NCBI GenBank assembly: GCA_030390025.1
Contig: CM059438.1
Coordinates: 65,970,001-66,034,000 of the forward strand
DNA from: Squalus acanthias
Taxonomy: Eukaryota
Length of the DNA: 64,000 nt
Reading direction: 5' to 3'
Of the stretch, positions 13,091-25,020 are shown piece after piece. The notes beneath the pieces were generated by a model. The model did no database searches, was not told the origin of the DNA, and worked only from the letters and a program-made list of their open reading frames with translations. The translations under genes and the position numbers were made by a program. How positions within the stretch are numbered: the stretch's first letter is position 1; the number at the start of each line of letters is the position of its first letter.

Positions 13091-13483
13091 ATGATTCACA
13101 AGGACCCACATAGTCCGGCATCCCAGCGTTACTCTTGCTGTGGTGTACTGCTTTGCAGAAATAGGAACCACCCACACTATTTTAATTGAAGGGCGTCAAC
13201 CATGAAATCACTTTGAAGCCAGAAGAAAATAATAAAAGCAGGACCTGCTCAATTCCATCGTTATCAGCTTGATCAAGTGGCGGTACTCTCTTCTCTGGTC
13301 AGTGGTCCTGGGTTGAAGCCCCAACTCCCATGTCTTAGACCATAGAACCTAGAGTGACAGATGAGTAGAGTATTGAGAGAGTAGTGCATTGTTGGAGGTG
13401 TCATCTTTTGGAGCTGACGTTAAACCACGGCCCTGTCCCCCTGTTCAGGTGAATGTAGAAGATCCCATGGCACTATTTGAAGA

Positions 13484-13689
13484 AATGTGAGAAGTCGCAC
13501 AACACCAGGTTATAGTCCAACAGTTTTATTTGAAATCACAAGCTTTCTGAGCGCTGCTCCTTCGTCAGGTGAAGGAGCAGCGCTCCGAAAGCTTGTGATT
13601 TCAAATAAAACTGTTGGACTATATAACCTGGTGTTGTGCGACTTCTCACATTTGTCCACCCAGTCCAACACTGGCATCTCCACATCATG
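13484..13689. mobile_element. Penelope-type terminal-repeat fragment forming a near-perfect palindrome
   Basis: Arms 13483-~13563 and ~13571-13653 are reverse complements; 12-bp TSD actatttgaaga at 13472-83 and 13690-701; hammerhead core on the minus strand. Confidence 0.85.
13536..13572 (-). ncRNA. Minimal type I hammerhead ribozyme motif (one helix II mismatch)
   Basis: tcac-CTGACGA-a-ggagc-agc-gctca-GAAA-gc-TT-gtga on the minus strand. Confidence 0.65.
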
Positions 13690-13990
13690 ACTATTTGAAG
13701 AGGAGGAGGATAGTTCTCGTGTCCCAGCCAACATTTATCCCTCGACCAACACCAACATAAACAGATTAACTGGTCGTCTATCTCACCGCTGTTTGTGAGA
13801 CCTTGCTAAACGCAAATTGCCTGCACGCCATAACAACAGAAACTGCACTTCAGAAAGTAATTCCTTGCCTTTGAAGTGCTTTGGGACATTCTAAAAATGT
13901 GAAAAGCATGATCTCAATGTAAGTTCTTTCTTTTGTTCATTATCATTGTACAAGGGGTTCAGATTGAGCACTTCTTGGCAATCAACACAA

Positions 13991-14349
13991 TAAGAACAGA
14001 AGAAATAGGAGCAGGAGTCGGCCATTTGGCCCCTCGAGCCTGCTCCGCCATTCAATAAGATCATGGCTGAACTTTTACATCAACTCCACTTTCCTGCCTG
14101 ATCTCCATATCTCATGATTCCCTTAGTGCCCAAAAATCTATTGATCTCAGTCTTGAATATACTCATCGACTGAGCATCCACAGCCCTCTGGGGTAGAGAC
14201 TTCCAAAGGTTCACAACCCTCTGAGTGAAGAAATTCCTCCTCATCTCAGTCCTAAATGACCGACCCCTTATCCTGAGACAATGCCCCCTAGTTCTAGACT
14301 CTCCAGCCAGGGGAAACAGCCTCTCGGCATCTACTCTCGCAAGCCCTCT
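13991..14349 (-). mobile_element. CR1 LINE 3' fragment
   Basis: taagaacagaagaaataggagcaggag... tail; near-identical family to 59900-60243 and the reverse of 58300-58630. Confidence 0.85.
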
Positions 14350-14474
14350 AATATTGAGCTAGACGCAAATAACACCCCATTACCACTCTTGACTGCTCTG
14401 GATATGGGAGGTCAGACCACAGGAGTGCATTCTGGATTGGGAGGTTGCAGATAGGTTGTATTTGAATCGATGTG

Positions 14475-14714
14475 TGTACGATGTGACATGAATCTTGTCA
14501 TTCATGTATGAAGTAATACTGGGCGGCCTGCTGGTGGCGCTGTCCAGGGAGAGTTTTAATACTCGGGCATGGGCCCAGCTTGCTTAGGACATTCCTCAAC
14601 AGGGACTAGTGAAGGACACAACTAGATCTCCATGTTGAAAAACAGTTGATTAAAGCTTTGTTTAACGCTTAGACCAAGTGCCTAGTAATTTTCTTACGTC
14701 ACTATGTATATACA
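14475..14714 (+). mobile_element. Short solo-LTR-like repeat, copy 1
   Basis: TGT...ACA termini, attaaa near the 3' end, highly similar to 32736-32985; TSD not evident. Confidence 0.6.
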
Positions 14715-16214
14715 CTGGGTGCATTTAACTCAGCGACTCGTGTAATCGAGGATAAATCCTTTCAGCGTGTGGATGCAATCAGCTGTTGTTTGACTTTGGC
14801 AGCTGTAAACGTTAACAGGGAAGAGGCGTTTTATTACTTGGCGATATGTTCAGACAGCCCTACAGTGTAGTAAAACAATTTGCTGGGCCTAGAAGCCTAT
14901 CTGCAGGTGCAGTAAATCTGAGCAAAGCTCTTGTGTTTGTTCTGGTGAAATTGTAAGAGTCTTCCTGTGGAACAAATATTGGCTGATTTATTTCAGCCCT
15001 TGAAGTGCTAGTGTTTAAAGCAATCCATTAGAAAGAGTAAGAGATTTTGGGACAGACTCGACTGGGCCAGGCTTAATGGGACAAAGTGGTAATGACATGG
15101 CCTCACGGGTTCAGGGTTAATACGCACCATTACTCATGGGTTTAAGGTTATATTTAAAGGGGCATGGTCATTGAATGTAGTGACTTGCTGAGCATTTCAG
15201 TTGGAAAAATAACCAAGAAAGGTTTGAAGGAAGAAGGTGCTGTTCTGTTAACAGGAATCCCTTTGTTCAGATTGACCTAAATGCTATTACCTTCCAAGTA
15301 CATTAACACATTCAAGGCACCTTTTCTCAGTAGAGCAACCTATAGATAGTAACGTCTGCTGAATGTATTTTCATTACGGAAGCGGTTTCTCCCCCAGATT
15401 CGACCGTGGGCTTGCAGTAACAAAAATTTAAAGTTACTGTCAGTAACGTACACAGATATTAAAATATATAAACTTTCTTGCGATGAGAATTGTGATCGAA
15501 ACTCCCTATTCGTCACAGGCGCTTAAACCCTTTTGATCTAAATCTTTCAGAATATCAACTCTGCTGTCTCTTGTGTTACAGCATCCAGCTGTTTCTTAAA
15601 TGCGTCCAGTGCCCCGATGTCAACTACCCCTTCCTGTCAACTTATTCCAGCTGTTGGTCATCCTCTGGGTAAAGAAAGACTTCCTGGCCATCTGTCCTAA
15701 ACTTGCCCTTCACAACCTTCAAACAGTGGCTTTGTGTTCTGCCACCTTGGTGTATCCTAAAATACTTTTCCAGCTTTTATTTTACAACTCTACAATTTTT
15801 ATTTTACGGAGCAGAAAACTTGAAACAAAAATACTTTTCTATTTTTGCTCCCACACAGTGTTCCAGATCAGTGCATCCATTATTCCTCATCACAGGAGAC
15901 ACGGATTTGGTGAGCTGGTTGCTGATGGCAGTGATCCAGTCTCTTCACAAGCCCAGCTTGGTCCCTTCTCCAGTTTCTCCTCTTGGAGTTGCAACCTGAT
16001 TTTGTTGTCGGTTTTCATGCGGCATTGGTTGGTTCTGCTCCATCTTCTTGGCAAGGGAGCGGTTGATCCGGAGGGTTTTTTTGGAACTGCATGGCCGAAT
16101 TTTCGCTTCACCTCATTGCTCTGGGAAGTTGGGTCCCCTGTTTATTTTTTGTGAGAGAGTCTATAAAAATGGGTGAACTGAAGAAGCTGGAGCTTGAAAG
16201 GCATCGCAATTGTC

Positions 16215-16347
16215 TGCAAGATAAAAGGAAACATTTACAGGGCTGTTGGGAAAGAGCCAGGGAATGGGATTAATTGGATAGCATGCTCAAGAGCCAGCAC
16301 AGGCATGATGGGCCGAAAGGCCTCCTTCTGTGCTATGATTCTATGAT
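16215..16347 (+). mobile_element. CR1 3' tail
   Basis: gagccagcacaggcatgatgggccgaaaggcctccttctgtgctatgattctatga. Confidence 0.75.
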
Positions 16348-16858
16348 AAGTTATAACATTCCACATTACGTTTGATGGAACTCCATATAATTTAGGAATC
16401 ATTTTAATGATGCTTTGGGAAATCTTGACACAGTACCAACTAAGGTGTCAGCTTGGCTCAGTCGTCACCTCTGAGTCAAAAGGTTGTAGATTCAAATTAA
16501 TCTCCAGGACTTGAGCTTCTCCCTCGGATGAACTAGTTATACACCTCATTGGTGTTTGTGGGATCTTGATGGCTGCAAAATAATATGTCACAGTGTGCTG
16601 TATCAATGCAAGTCTTTGTTTCATTCAAAGTAACTTATGAGCCAGGAAAGTCCCAGCTTTGATTTCTGCTCTGTGTACAATTAGCTGTGTTCAAGGGTTT
16701 TTAAGTGTTCCTACTCTTGGTGGCTATTTAATTACCTCTATTAGAATTGACAGGATTAGATTTAACTACAACGCTCCATATGTCTGAATCATCTGCTGGC
16801 GTACGTTGTCCAGACTCGTGAATAATGGCAACTTGCAAGAGATCAGAGAAAACCCTCA

Positions 16859-17693
16859 GGGGGAAAAAATTAGGTATCGCCCATTTTGGGGCACTAATAT
16901 CGGCCAGGCGCAAAGTTTAGCGCCCGGCGCTAGTTATCGCCTCCGACTGCAAAATTCGCCTCTATCGCCCCTGGAGGTGATTTGAGCGCTAAATCAGGCG
17001 CTACACACCTCTCTTAAGGCGCAAACGTCGGGGAGCGAGGCGTTACTTCAGAACGCTACTGAAACTCAGGCGATGTCAGTTACCATGGAAGCCAGACAGA
17101 CTGGCACCGTCCAGTTCTTAAAAGGGAGGGGCCATCTTGCTGGCCAGCCACACCCTGCTCATTGCAGCCTTGAATCTCGGCCTGGAGAGCACCTCTAAAG
17201 CAATTGTGTTGGAAGCACTAATGGATAGGCCCGGGGAAAGAGCTCGGCGCTTAGGAAACTCAAAAGTGGTGCTGAGGGCCAAAACTCCTCAGGACAGCGT
17301 TAAATCTCTCCAGGCGTCTCTCTCCCTCTCAACCTGCGTGTACCAAATATTTTGCCAACAAGAAAAGGCAGGAAGCGCCCGCCTTTAAATTGCGCTCCCC
17401 AGAGCCCCTTCCCGACTTGAAAACGTTCCCCTCTACCTGTCGTTCCAAACGGCAGGCGCTAAGGCAGGGGGCGCGACTCAATAGGGCGCTACCGGGGCGT
17501 TGCACGCTGGACTGACGTCACGATCTGCGGGCGCAGGAGATCGTGGCGGTAGTGTTTAGCGCCGGCGCCAAACGACTGGTCAATCTCGCGAGCGGCACTA
17601 AACTCGCTGCGCTCTGGCGCTAAATTCCTAGCGCCCGGTTAGCGCCCTCCAGAGGCGCTAACGGGAGGCGCTAACCAACCAAATTTTTCCCCC
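16859..17693. mobile_element. Non-autonomous PIF/Harbinger-like DNA transposon (835 bp), same family as 7234-8130
   Basis: TIR gggggaaaaaatt / aaatttttccccc, TSD TCA/TTA, colinear with the first copy apart from an internal indel. Confidence 0.85.
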
Positions 17694-18659
17694 TTAGAAC
17701 GTAAACCCTTTCTGTCTTCAGGAGAAGAGGAATTGAGGGGAGAAAATTGGACGGAAAATTTCGAGGCGGGAAAAACATTTTACAACTATGATAAAATGTT
17801 TATGCTAAGAATGGACAGCAGTTACATTGCTCATTCGGGATGTGTATATCTCGGGAATGTCATTTCAATTTTTTATTGCTTCGTTTTAAACTAGCTACAT
17901 TTTAGAGATCTATTTAAAATCTGTGCTAGTGTTGGTCTGTGCTGCCCAGTCACTCTGTGAACTCTTGCTTTGTCCACTCGCATCTGTCACTTGTCTGGAT
18001 GCAGATGGCATTTTGCGCCAAGCCAATACTGAATTGCTGATCACTCAGTACAAAGCCACCTTTTTGGTCGGAACTAATCATTAGTTCAATGTGTGACTTC
18101 AGAACTATAATGTCCTGATGTGGGAACAAGTTCTAATTGGACACTTGGGATTTGTATTCAACAGTCAGAATTAATAACTGTGATGGAGTTTTAATTTATT
18201 GTAAGAGGCGACAGTGGTTTTCTATGCTCATTAAAGCGATGTTGTCAACCTGTGAAATTCTTGGCCAGCTTTTTCCTTGGCTTTGACAACATGTGACTTG
18301 ATGACATAATTTGGGCTTGCAAATGTTACTGGAATGCACCAAAAGGTAATTTTAATGTTTGCACTTGTATCATAACGAGGAATTAAGATTTGACTGTTCT
18401 CGAGCCAAGTGATTGAAATTCTTTCTCCATAACAACGTTCCTTTTTTTTGGCCAAGGGCCATCTCTGTGGGAGGCGGAGGGAGTGTGGGGAGTGGGGAGG
18501 TGGGGGGCGGCGGGAATTGAACATTTGGCTACTCCTTGCACCTTGTGTTGGGATATACTGCTGGCATGTCAAATGTGTCAGGAATTATGTCTCCTATATA
18601 ATCATATATATTACAGAATTGCTTGCAGTAGAAGCAATTCTGTGTTTGTTCTGAATGAC

Positions 18660-19070
18660 AGAGTAGAAGTTTACAGCACAGGAGGAGGCCAATCGGCTCA
18701 TTATATCTCTGCCAGCTATAGAGCAGTCCAAAACTCATCCCACTGCCCTGCTCTCACCCCATTACCCTGCATCAGATACTTAGCCATTTTTCCTTTGAAA
18801 GCCGCGATGGTCTCTGCCTCAACCAGTTGCTGCTTGGCAAAGCATTTCATGCTTGAACAACCCTCCACATAAAGAAGTTTTTCCTGACCTCTCTCCTCAC
18901 TCTCTTAGTGAAGTTTTACATTGATGACCCCTCGTCACTGACTCTCCAACCAAAGGAAATGGTCTTTCGCTGGAAACCCAATCCTTCATTGTGTTAAAAA
19001 CCTTTATTCAATCTCCACTTGGCCTACTCTGCTTCAGTGGAAACAGTCCCCGGTATCGCAGGTCTCTCTC
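18660..19070 (-). mobile_element. Old CR1 3' fragment
   Basis: tacagcacaggaggaggccaatcggc tail followed by degenerate reverse RT C-terminus. Confidence 0.6.
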
Positions 19071-19809
19071 GTTTCCCATCCCATGCGTGAGCTTGCAGTT
19101 CGCAGTTGTTTTCAAACCTCTGACTGGTGATTTTTCTTTTCTGATCACTGGGTCTTCCAGGATGGTTGAGTAAGATCCTTTCAGGAAAAGAACATTGTGG
19201 TCAACCAGGAGCTCCAGCCACCCGGAAAGATGGCGGCTGTCGGCACTCAAAGCTGCATTTACATTGGTACTGGGTAGCTGGTGAGCTAAGAGCACCACCT
19301 ATATATTGGGCCGGAATTTGCTGGGAGCTTGCACCATTGATCATGACCCATCTACGTCGCACGCCATTACTATTTCCAGGAAATTATGTTGTGAGTGATT
19401 GAGGCCTTTACTTTCGTCACACCAAAATTTCCAGATACTTTTGCACTGCTCTGATCTTCCGCTCGCTGGAACAGTGGCACAGATAATTATCATAGGATCT
19501 CCTCCATTAAAATCATGTCGAGGTAAGTATCGAGAAGCTCATGCACTACAGTCCAGAGAGAAGGTTAAAGGGGGAATGTTATCAAGGTTAATAAAAATAT
19601 TCAGTGGTAAAGATAAAACAAACCTAGACTATTACTTAAGGGTACGTAGGCTAGAAGGAATATAGGCGAGTTAAAATGCAGTTGGTTGCTAAGCTGGAAG
19701 AGTTGAGGTAAACTTGATGTGACTGACCTTTTCTCGTCCTCATTTTTTCTTTGATGTTGTTCATGCACTAAGAGATATGTTAAAAATACTTTCTGTTATT
19801 CCCCTCTAG

Positions 19810-19859
19810 GACTCCACAGAATGGAGCAAGAATGAACAGAAAGTGGCTGAAAGAAAAGC
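19810..19859 (+). other. BRINP1: 5' UTR part of the BRINP1 first coding exon
   Basis: Polypyrimidine tract and acceptor ctttctgttattcccctctag|G at 19809/19810; 50 nt to the ATG (context aaaagcATGa). Confidence 0.85.
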
Positions 19860-20077
19860 ATGAACTGGAGGTTTATTGAATTCATCTACTTACTGTTTAT
19901 ATGGGACCATATAACAGTAAAGCCTTCCCACCAGGATCCTACAGCCACCCAGAACCATGTCACCAAGCAGTTTGATTGGCTTATATCGGACAGGGGTCCT
20001 TTCCACAACTCGAGGGGATATTTATCCTTTGTGGAAAGATATCGTCAAGGATTTACAACCAGATATAAAATATATAG
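19860..20077 (+). CDS. BRINP1: BRINP1 (BMP/retinoic acid-inducible neural-specific protein 1, DBC1/FAM5A), first coding exon: signal peptide and N-terminus; CDS continues outside the window
   Basis: Translation [72 protein letters not shown](R) closely matches the vertebrate BRINP1 N-terminus as I recall it (MNWRFVELLYFLFIWGRISVQPSHQE...[36 protein letters not shown]). 218 coding nt end at the donor AG|GTAATT (phase 2). The expected next exon (EFARWKV...) was not found in the window. Confidence 0.96.
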
Positions 20078-21714
20078 GTAATTTTTACAACTTTATTGGT
20101 TATGTTGAATGCGTGTTTTTTTTCTTTGATGTCATGCAGTGACTGAGATGGGTAAAGTTGACTAAATATATCTGGGGAGGGCTACTGTACGTGATTGTGG
20201 CTGCTTGCTGACAATAGCAATATGAAGCAATGCACCAGTATTTCGATGAAGATTTGTGCCATAACGTAGATCACTTAACACTTGTATTGATAGAATGTGT
20301 AGACCCTGACTGAACAAGCTCCAGTTAGTATTTTTAATATTGCCAGGAACCACCATTTTGAAATTGTGGCTCCAGCTATCCCTTCATGCATTTAGTTTGG
20401 TACCACAGTAATCTATTTTATGTTTTTAAAGAGACAAAATATAATTTGTTTGCAAGCAAAAACCTTATGCTGGATCAGGGGAAGCATTTCAGAGTTTCTG
20501 TCAGTTAGACACGGCTCCAGTAGACTACAATTTGTGGTAGACACACCCTCTTCAAATAACAGCATTCCAAATCTCAACCCTCAGACAACAGGCCCAAAAG
20601 CGTGCCTTTCATTTGACACGAATTTAGCTACCATTCATTTTTTTTGCAGCCCCATTGAACGTGAGTCTTTGAATTCACTTCAGACAGTGAGGCTTTCGCT
20701 CGCTGACAGCATCTCGAAAATGAAAGAAATACGAGCAGACTTGTACATTTAGTGGGTGCAGCTGTTTACTAAAGATTTCTTCTCTTCTAAACTTACTAAT
20801 GTTCTACAGTACGCGAACTTAAAAAGGAATGCAAGCTTACCAGTCCTCTGTTAGCGGTTTCGGTTCCTGTCCTTCCTGTCACTTGAGTTTCAGATGAAAC
20901 GAGGGAACGGGACAAGATATTAAAAAAAAAATAGGAACGGCAACTAATTTTGTTATTTCTGTCTTCATTTTACATGTTGTGATAATATCAGAGGATGGTG
21001 CTGCAATGCCAGTTTATCCATTAGGTGGAGTGCTAGCCAGCCTTCTGCAGAATGTGGAGTCAGTTCTTGTGTGTTCCATATGTACGCAGGAAGATAGTTA
21101 GTTGAAACCTGGTTGCCTGTTTTATTTTTCGTTGGCTGTACACAATGCCTGTTGATTTGCTTGGAATTGAATTGTTTTGAGTCAAACATCCTTAAATCAT
21201 TATTTTATGTGTGGAAATCAGCATTTACAGAGGAACATAAAATTGAATCATCAGGAAGAAAACTGAACAATCTGGGAGCTGTCAGTTATGGTGTGCGGGC
21301 ATACATGTGTAATATGTTTTCATGCTTTTTGTAAGGTGGGAAAATTAGCAGACAGGAAAGAATGGATGTGCCTTGTCATGGTGGTGGGAGTTTAGTTTTG
21401 CACTTAGAATTTCTGAGGATAATAGCTCCTTCATCAAAAATATAATTTGGGGCCTTTGGAATTATGAGTGGTGGTGAACAAATGAGAACAGGCCATGTCA
21501 TCCTGAAGGCAGACTGTTGCCTTAAATACCAGGGTTGAGCAGGCCTCGGGATCACAGCTTCAGTTCTGACGTTCTACTTGTGAAGAAAGTTCACTGAGTA
21601 CCTTAACCAGTATAGATTCCACATCACAGAACACAGAAGCGAGAGGCGATGAACCTTTAGTTTACAGGTGCTGAAAAAAATTAACTGGTGGTCTTGGTAA
21701 CCCATCAAACAGTG

Positions 21715-22287
21715 TAGGATTGCTAACTCTGGTTGGACGTATTCCTGGAAGCTTCATTTCAAGACCTCCCACCTCCAACCCCTGCACAGTCAAACAACCT
21801 TTTCTCACATTTCCAATATTTCTATTGCTAATAAACAAAAGTGATCAAAGAAAATGAAATAACACTTCATTATTTTTAATACCCTTATGATTTTTTTCTC
21901 TTGCATTTAAAAAAAAATTGTTCTTGGGATGTGGGCATCGCTGGCAAAGCCAGCATTTATTGCCCATCCCTAATTGCCCTTGAGAAGGTGGTGGTGAGCC
22001 GCCTTCTTGAACCGCTGCAGTCCGTGTGGTGAAGATACTCCCACAGTGCTGTTAGGGAGGGAGTTCCAGGATTTTGACCCAGCGACGATGAAGGAACGGC
22101 GATATATTTCCAAGTCAGGATGATGTGTGACTTGGAGAGGAACTTGCAGGTGATGGTGTTCCCATGCGCCTGCTGCCCTTGATCTTCTAGGTGGTAGAGC
22201 TAAGCAGGATTGCTCGCAGCAGAGTCCAGGAGATTTAATCTTCAATTCCTGGGACTCTAGGGCAATTCTGGAGGGTTGGCAACCCTA
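21715..22287. mobile_element. hAT-type MITE interrupted by a LINE 3' end (21919-22200, minus strand)
   Basis: taggattgctaact ... ggttggcaacccta termini; colinear with 35404-35668 once the LINE tail (..KKAAHHHLLKGN) is removed. Confidence 0.75.
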
Positions 22288-23244
22288 ACCCTATGTAAAG
22301 AAACAATCAAAACCCTGGGCAGAATTTTGCTGGGGGGGCGAGGGGTAGAGGCCTAGCTATTGATATGTTGCCGGAGGGAAGCATCAAGTGGGTGCCCATG
22401 AGCTACGTTCGCTGCTCACCCCATATTGTTTCCTTGCAGCGCGCCGCTGTTTGCTCTTGGCCTTGTTGGAGGCCCCATATGGCAGTCCATGTTTGGGGGA
22501 CTTTTGAAAATTTAGGCCCTGGATCCTGTTAGGAGGCCTTGAGTTTGCGTTATTTAAATTGTCAGACACTGCTGGTGATGGGAATACTGTGTAAGGGTGC
22601 CGATGGTAAATTATTAAGGTGAAACTGCAACGTGAGTTTTACAGAAATTATTTGAAAGTATAAAGCCATCATATTCTTATCCTAACTTGTTCACAAAGAA
22701 GGCAAAACTTTGAGATTGTACTGCATAATAAGTGGCTTAAGAGGCACTTACCAATAAATTAATGGAGTGATAATTATACCCCTGACATTTGCACAGTTAT
22801 AAATTCATACCTGCTAGACATTCATTAATGTTACTCCATTACACGCTTTAATTTTTCTTCCAAAATCAATGTTAAATACTCCAAGGCAATGTATAGTCAT
22901 AATTAAGAACTTGACGACATGCATTATTGTGATTAATGTATTTCTAAATTGGATTTAGATGCAGTGATGTGCACTCAGTGTTCATTACTGAGTATACTAG
23001 CTTGGTGTTTGCATGCATGCTAACTTAGAAAACTAAATCTGACCTACAGCTTCAAAGAAGCCAACAGCTCAAAAACATCCCTGCACGGAGGCTTAAGGAC
23101 ACCTGCAAAAAAAGTAGTTACACTGAAAGTGCAGTAGGAGATGGGATTGTTGTAACTTGAGCTGCAGGTATACCCTACATTTTCCCACTTTGATTGAAGG
23201 GGTTAAAAAAAAACAAAAGTACTCAAAAGTTGCATCAGGACATA

Positions 23245-23510
23245 AAAGATCCTATGGCACTATTTCGAAGAAGAGCAGGGGAGTTATCCCCGGTGTCCTG
23301 GCCAATATTTATCCCTCAATGAACATAACAAAAAAACATATTATCTGGTCATTATCACATTGCTGTTTGTGGGACCTTGCTGAGCGCAAATTGTCTGCTG
23401 CCTTTCCTACATTACAACAGTGACTACACTTCAAAAAGTACTCCATTGGTTATAAAGCGCTTTGGGACATCTGGTGGTCGTGAAAGGCACTATATAAATC
23501 CAAGTCTTTC
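23245..23510 (+). mobile_element. Deu-domain SINE, 5' truncated
   Basis: taaaagatcctatggcactatttcgaagaagagcaggggag...aaaggcactatataaat. Confidence 0.8.
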
Positions 23511-25020
23511 CTTTTCTTTTTGGTGTAGAAATTACTGAAGGGAAAAGAACTCTGAATTCCAAGATTTAATTTAACTCCGCCCCCCCGACTCCCCCAATCA
23601 CCGCGCCCCCCCCACCCCCAGAGAATTTAGATTTTTGACACTTCAGTACATTTTCCAGCATTTTGGAACCTACTGTAATTCTGTCTTTTAAGCAAAAAAT
23701 CAGAGAAGTAGTTATTTTAAATATGAAAAAACTCATTATAGACGCTTCAAAATAACTTAGCAGGGTCTACATCCTTTCACTGGGACTCTATAACCCCAGA
23801 TATATCATGTTGATTTGTGGACTGACTCCTTTTATAACACCCACCTACAACAGTCCCAACCATTGATAAGGCAAAGCTTTGTCTGTCATTATCGTCAGCA
23901 GTAATTTGTCGCCGCACTGCTCTTTCGATCCTGTCACAGAGATTTCTTTTCATTGGAAATAAACCTGCTGCAATTATCTTATTTTGGAAAAAAAAAAGTG
24001 AAGTGCTAAAACTGATGGGTGAATCTGTTGCTCAGGTGGACTTGACTGCCTTCCGAATGGGGTTTGCTACCTGTTATGCGCTTACTGACTGTTGATGTCA
24101 CTCCTCACATTTTCCCCATGGATGTTGACTGTCTAATATGGTCGCCTGGGCTCTTTCTCCAGCGGGCATGTTAACAGATTAATCTCTGTCGTGACTGGAT
24201 AAACAAACTTCAAAGTTGCAAAACATAACTGGCTTGGCAACTCACCCAGAAACTGGCCAACAGTTTGCCTCACGCACTCTTCGCTGTATTAAAATTCTAA
24301 ATATGGGAATCTAATTTTTTTAATGAAATCAAACTCATCAACACTCCAACCCACTCCCTGTTTGATCTTGGCAATTCCACAAATGCAGTAATGGAAAGCA
24401 CAAGAATAAAGCATTCACACCAGGGAACATCCGTCTTTATCTTAAATGAACGGATGCGCCAGTCATCAAAACCACCAGGCATTCCTCGGCGAGTTCCTTT
24501 GGGAAACAAAAAAGTTTTTAAAAGGTGCGTTTTAGTGTCTTATTTATTTCCGTATAACTTTGTGAATAAACACTAAATTAATACATCCGTAACCACGACT
24601 GTCTGACATCATCAGCTCATTTTAACAGCTTTCTGCCTCATGTTGTTCTGCAACCAGCAGAATCAGAAAGTAACCTCTGATTGATTGTCTTCCAAACAAT
24701 CTGATTGTACCTGACAACTTCCAGTCCCGCCTTCCAGCTGATCCCATTGGTTCTGATAAAGCTCCAGGCCCACCTTTCAACTGGTTTCATTGGTTCCGAC
24801 TGACAATTTCCAATCTCAGTGATAAAAGCGGTTCAAAGCGGTTGCACTTCATTGGCTGTAAAGTGCTATGGGATGTCCAGTGGTCGTGAAAGGCGCTATG
24901 TAAATGCAAGTCTTTCTTTCTTCCTTTCTTTCTAACCCCTGCCCCCCCACCGTCCCCCCACACCCTGTGAAATGCTGCCAAGCTGATTGTCAGCTTAAAG
25001 TGCTGATGGTTAGCATGTAT

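Larger units (their letters stand above)
13264..13930 (+). mobile_element. Deu-domain tRNA SINE, interrupted by a Penelope-type insertion
   Basis: tRNA-like head, gatcccatggcactatttgaaga core and gtgctttgggac tail. Confidence 0.75.

Noticed and set aside
13562..13600. Plus-strand hammerhead in the palindrome
   Set aside because: The CUGANGA core is replaced by caggtga at the inversion junction.
15600..16154. 184-aa ORF
   Set aside because: No recognisable domain or BRINP similarity; composition typical of chance intronic ORFs.
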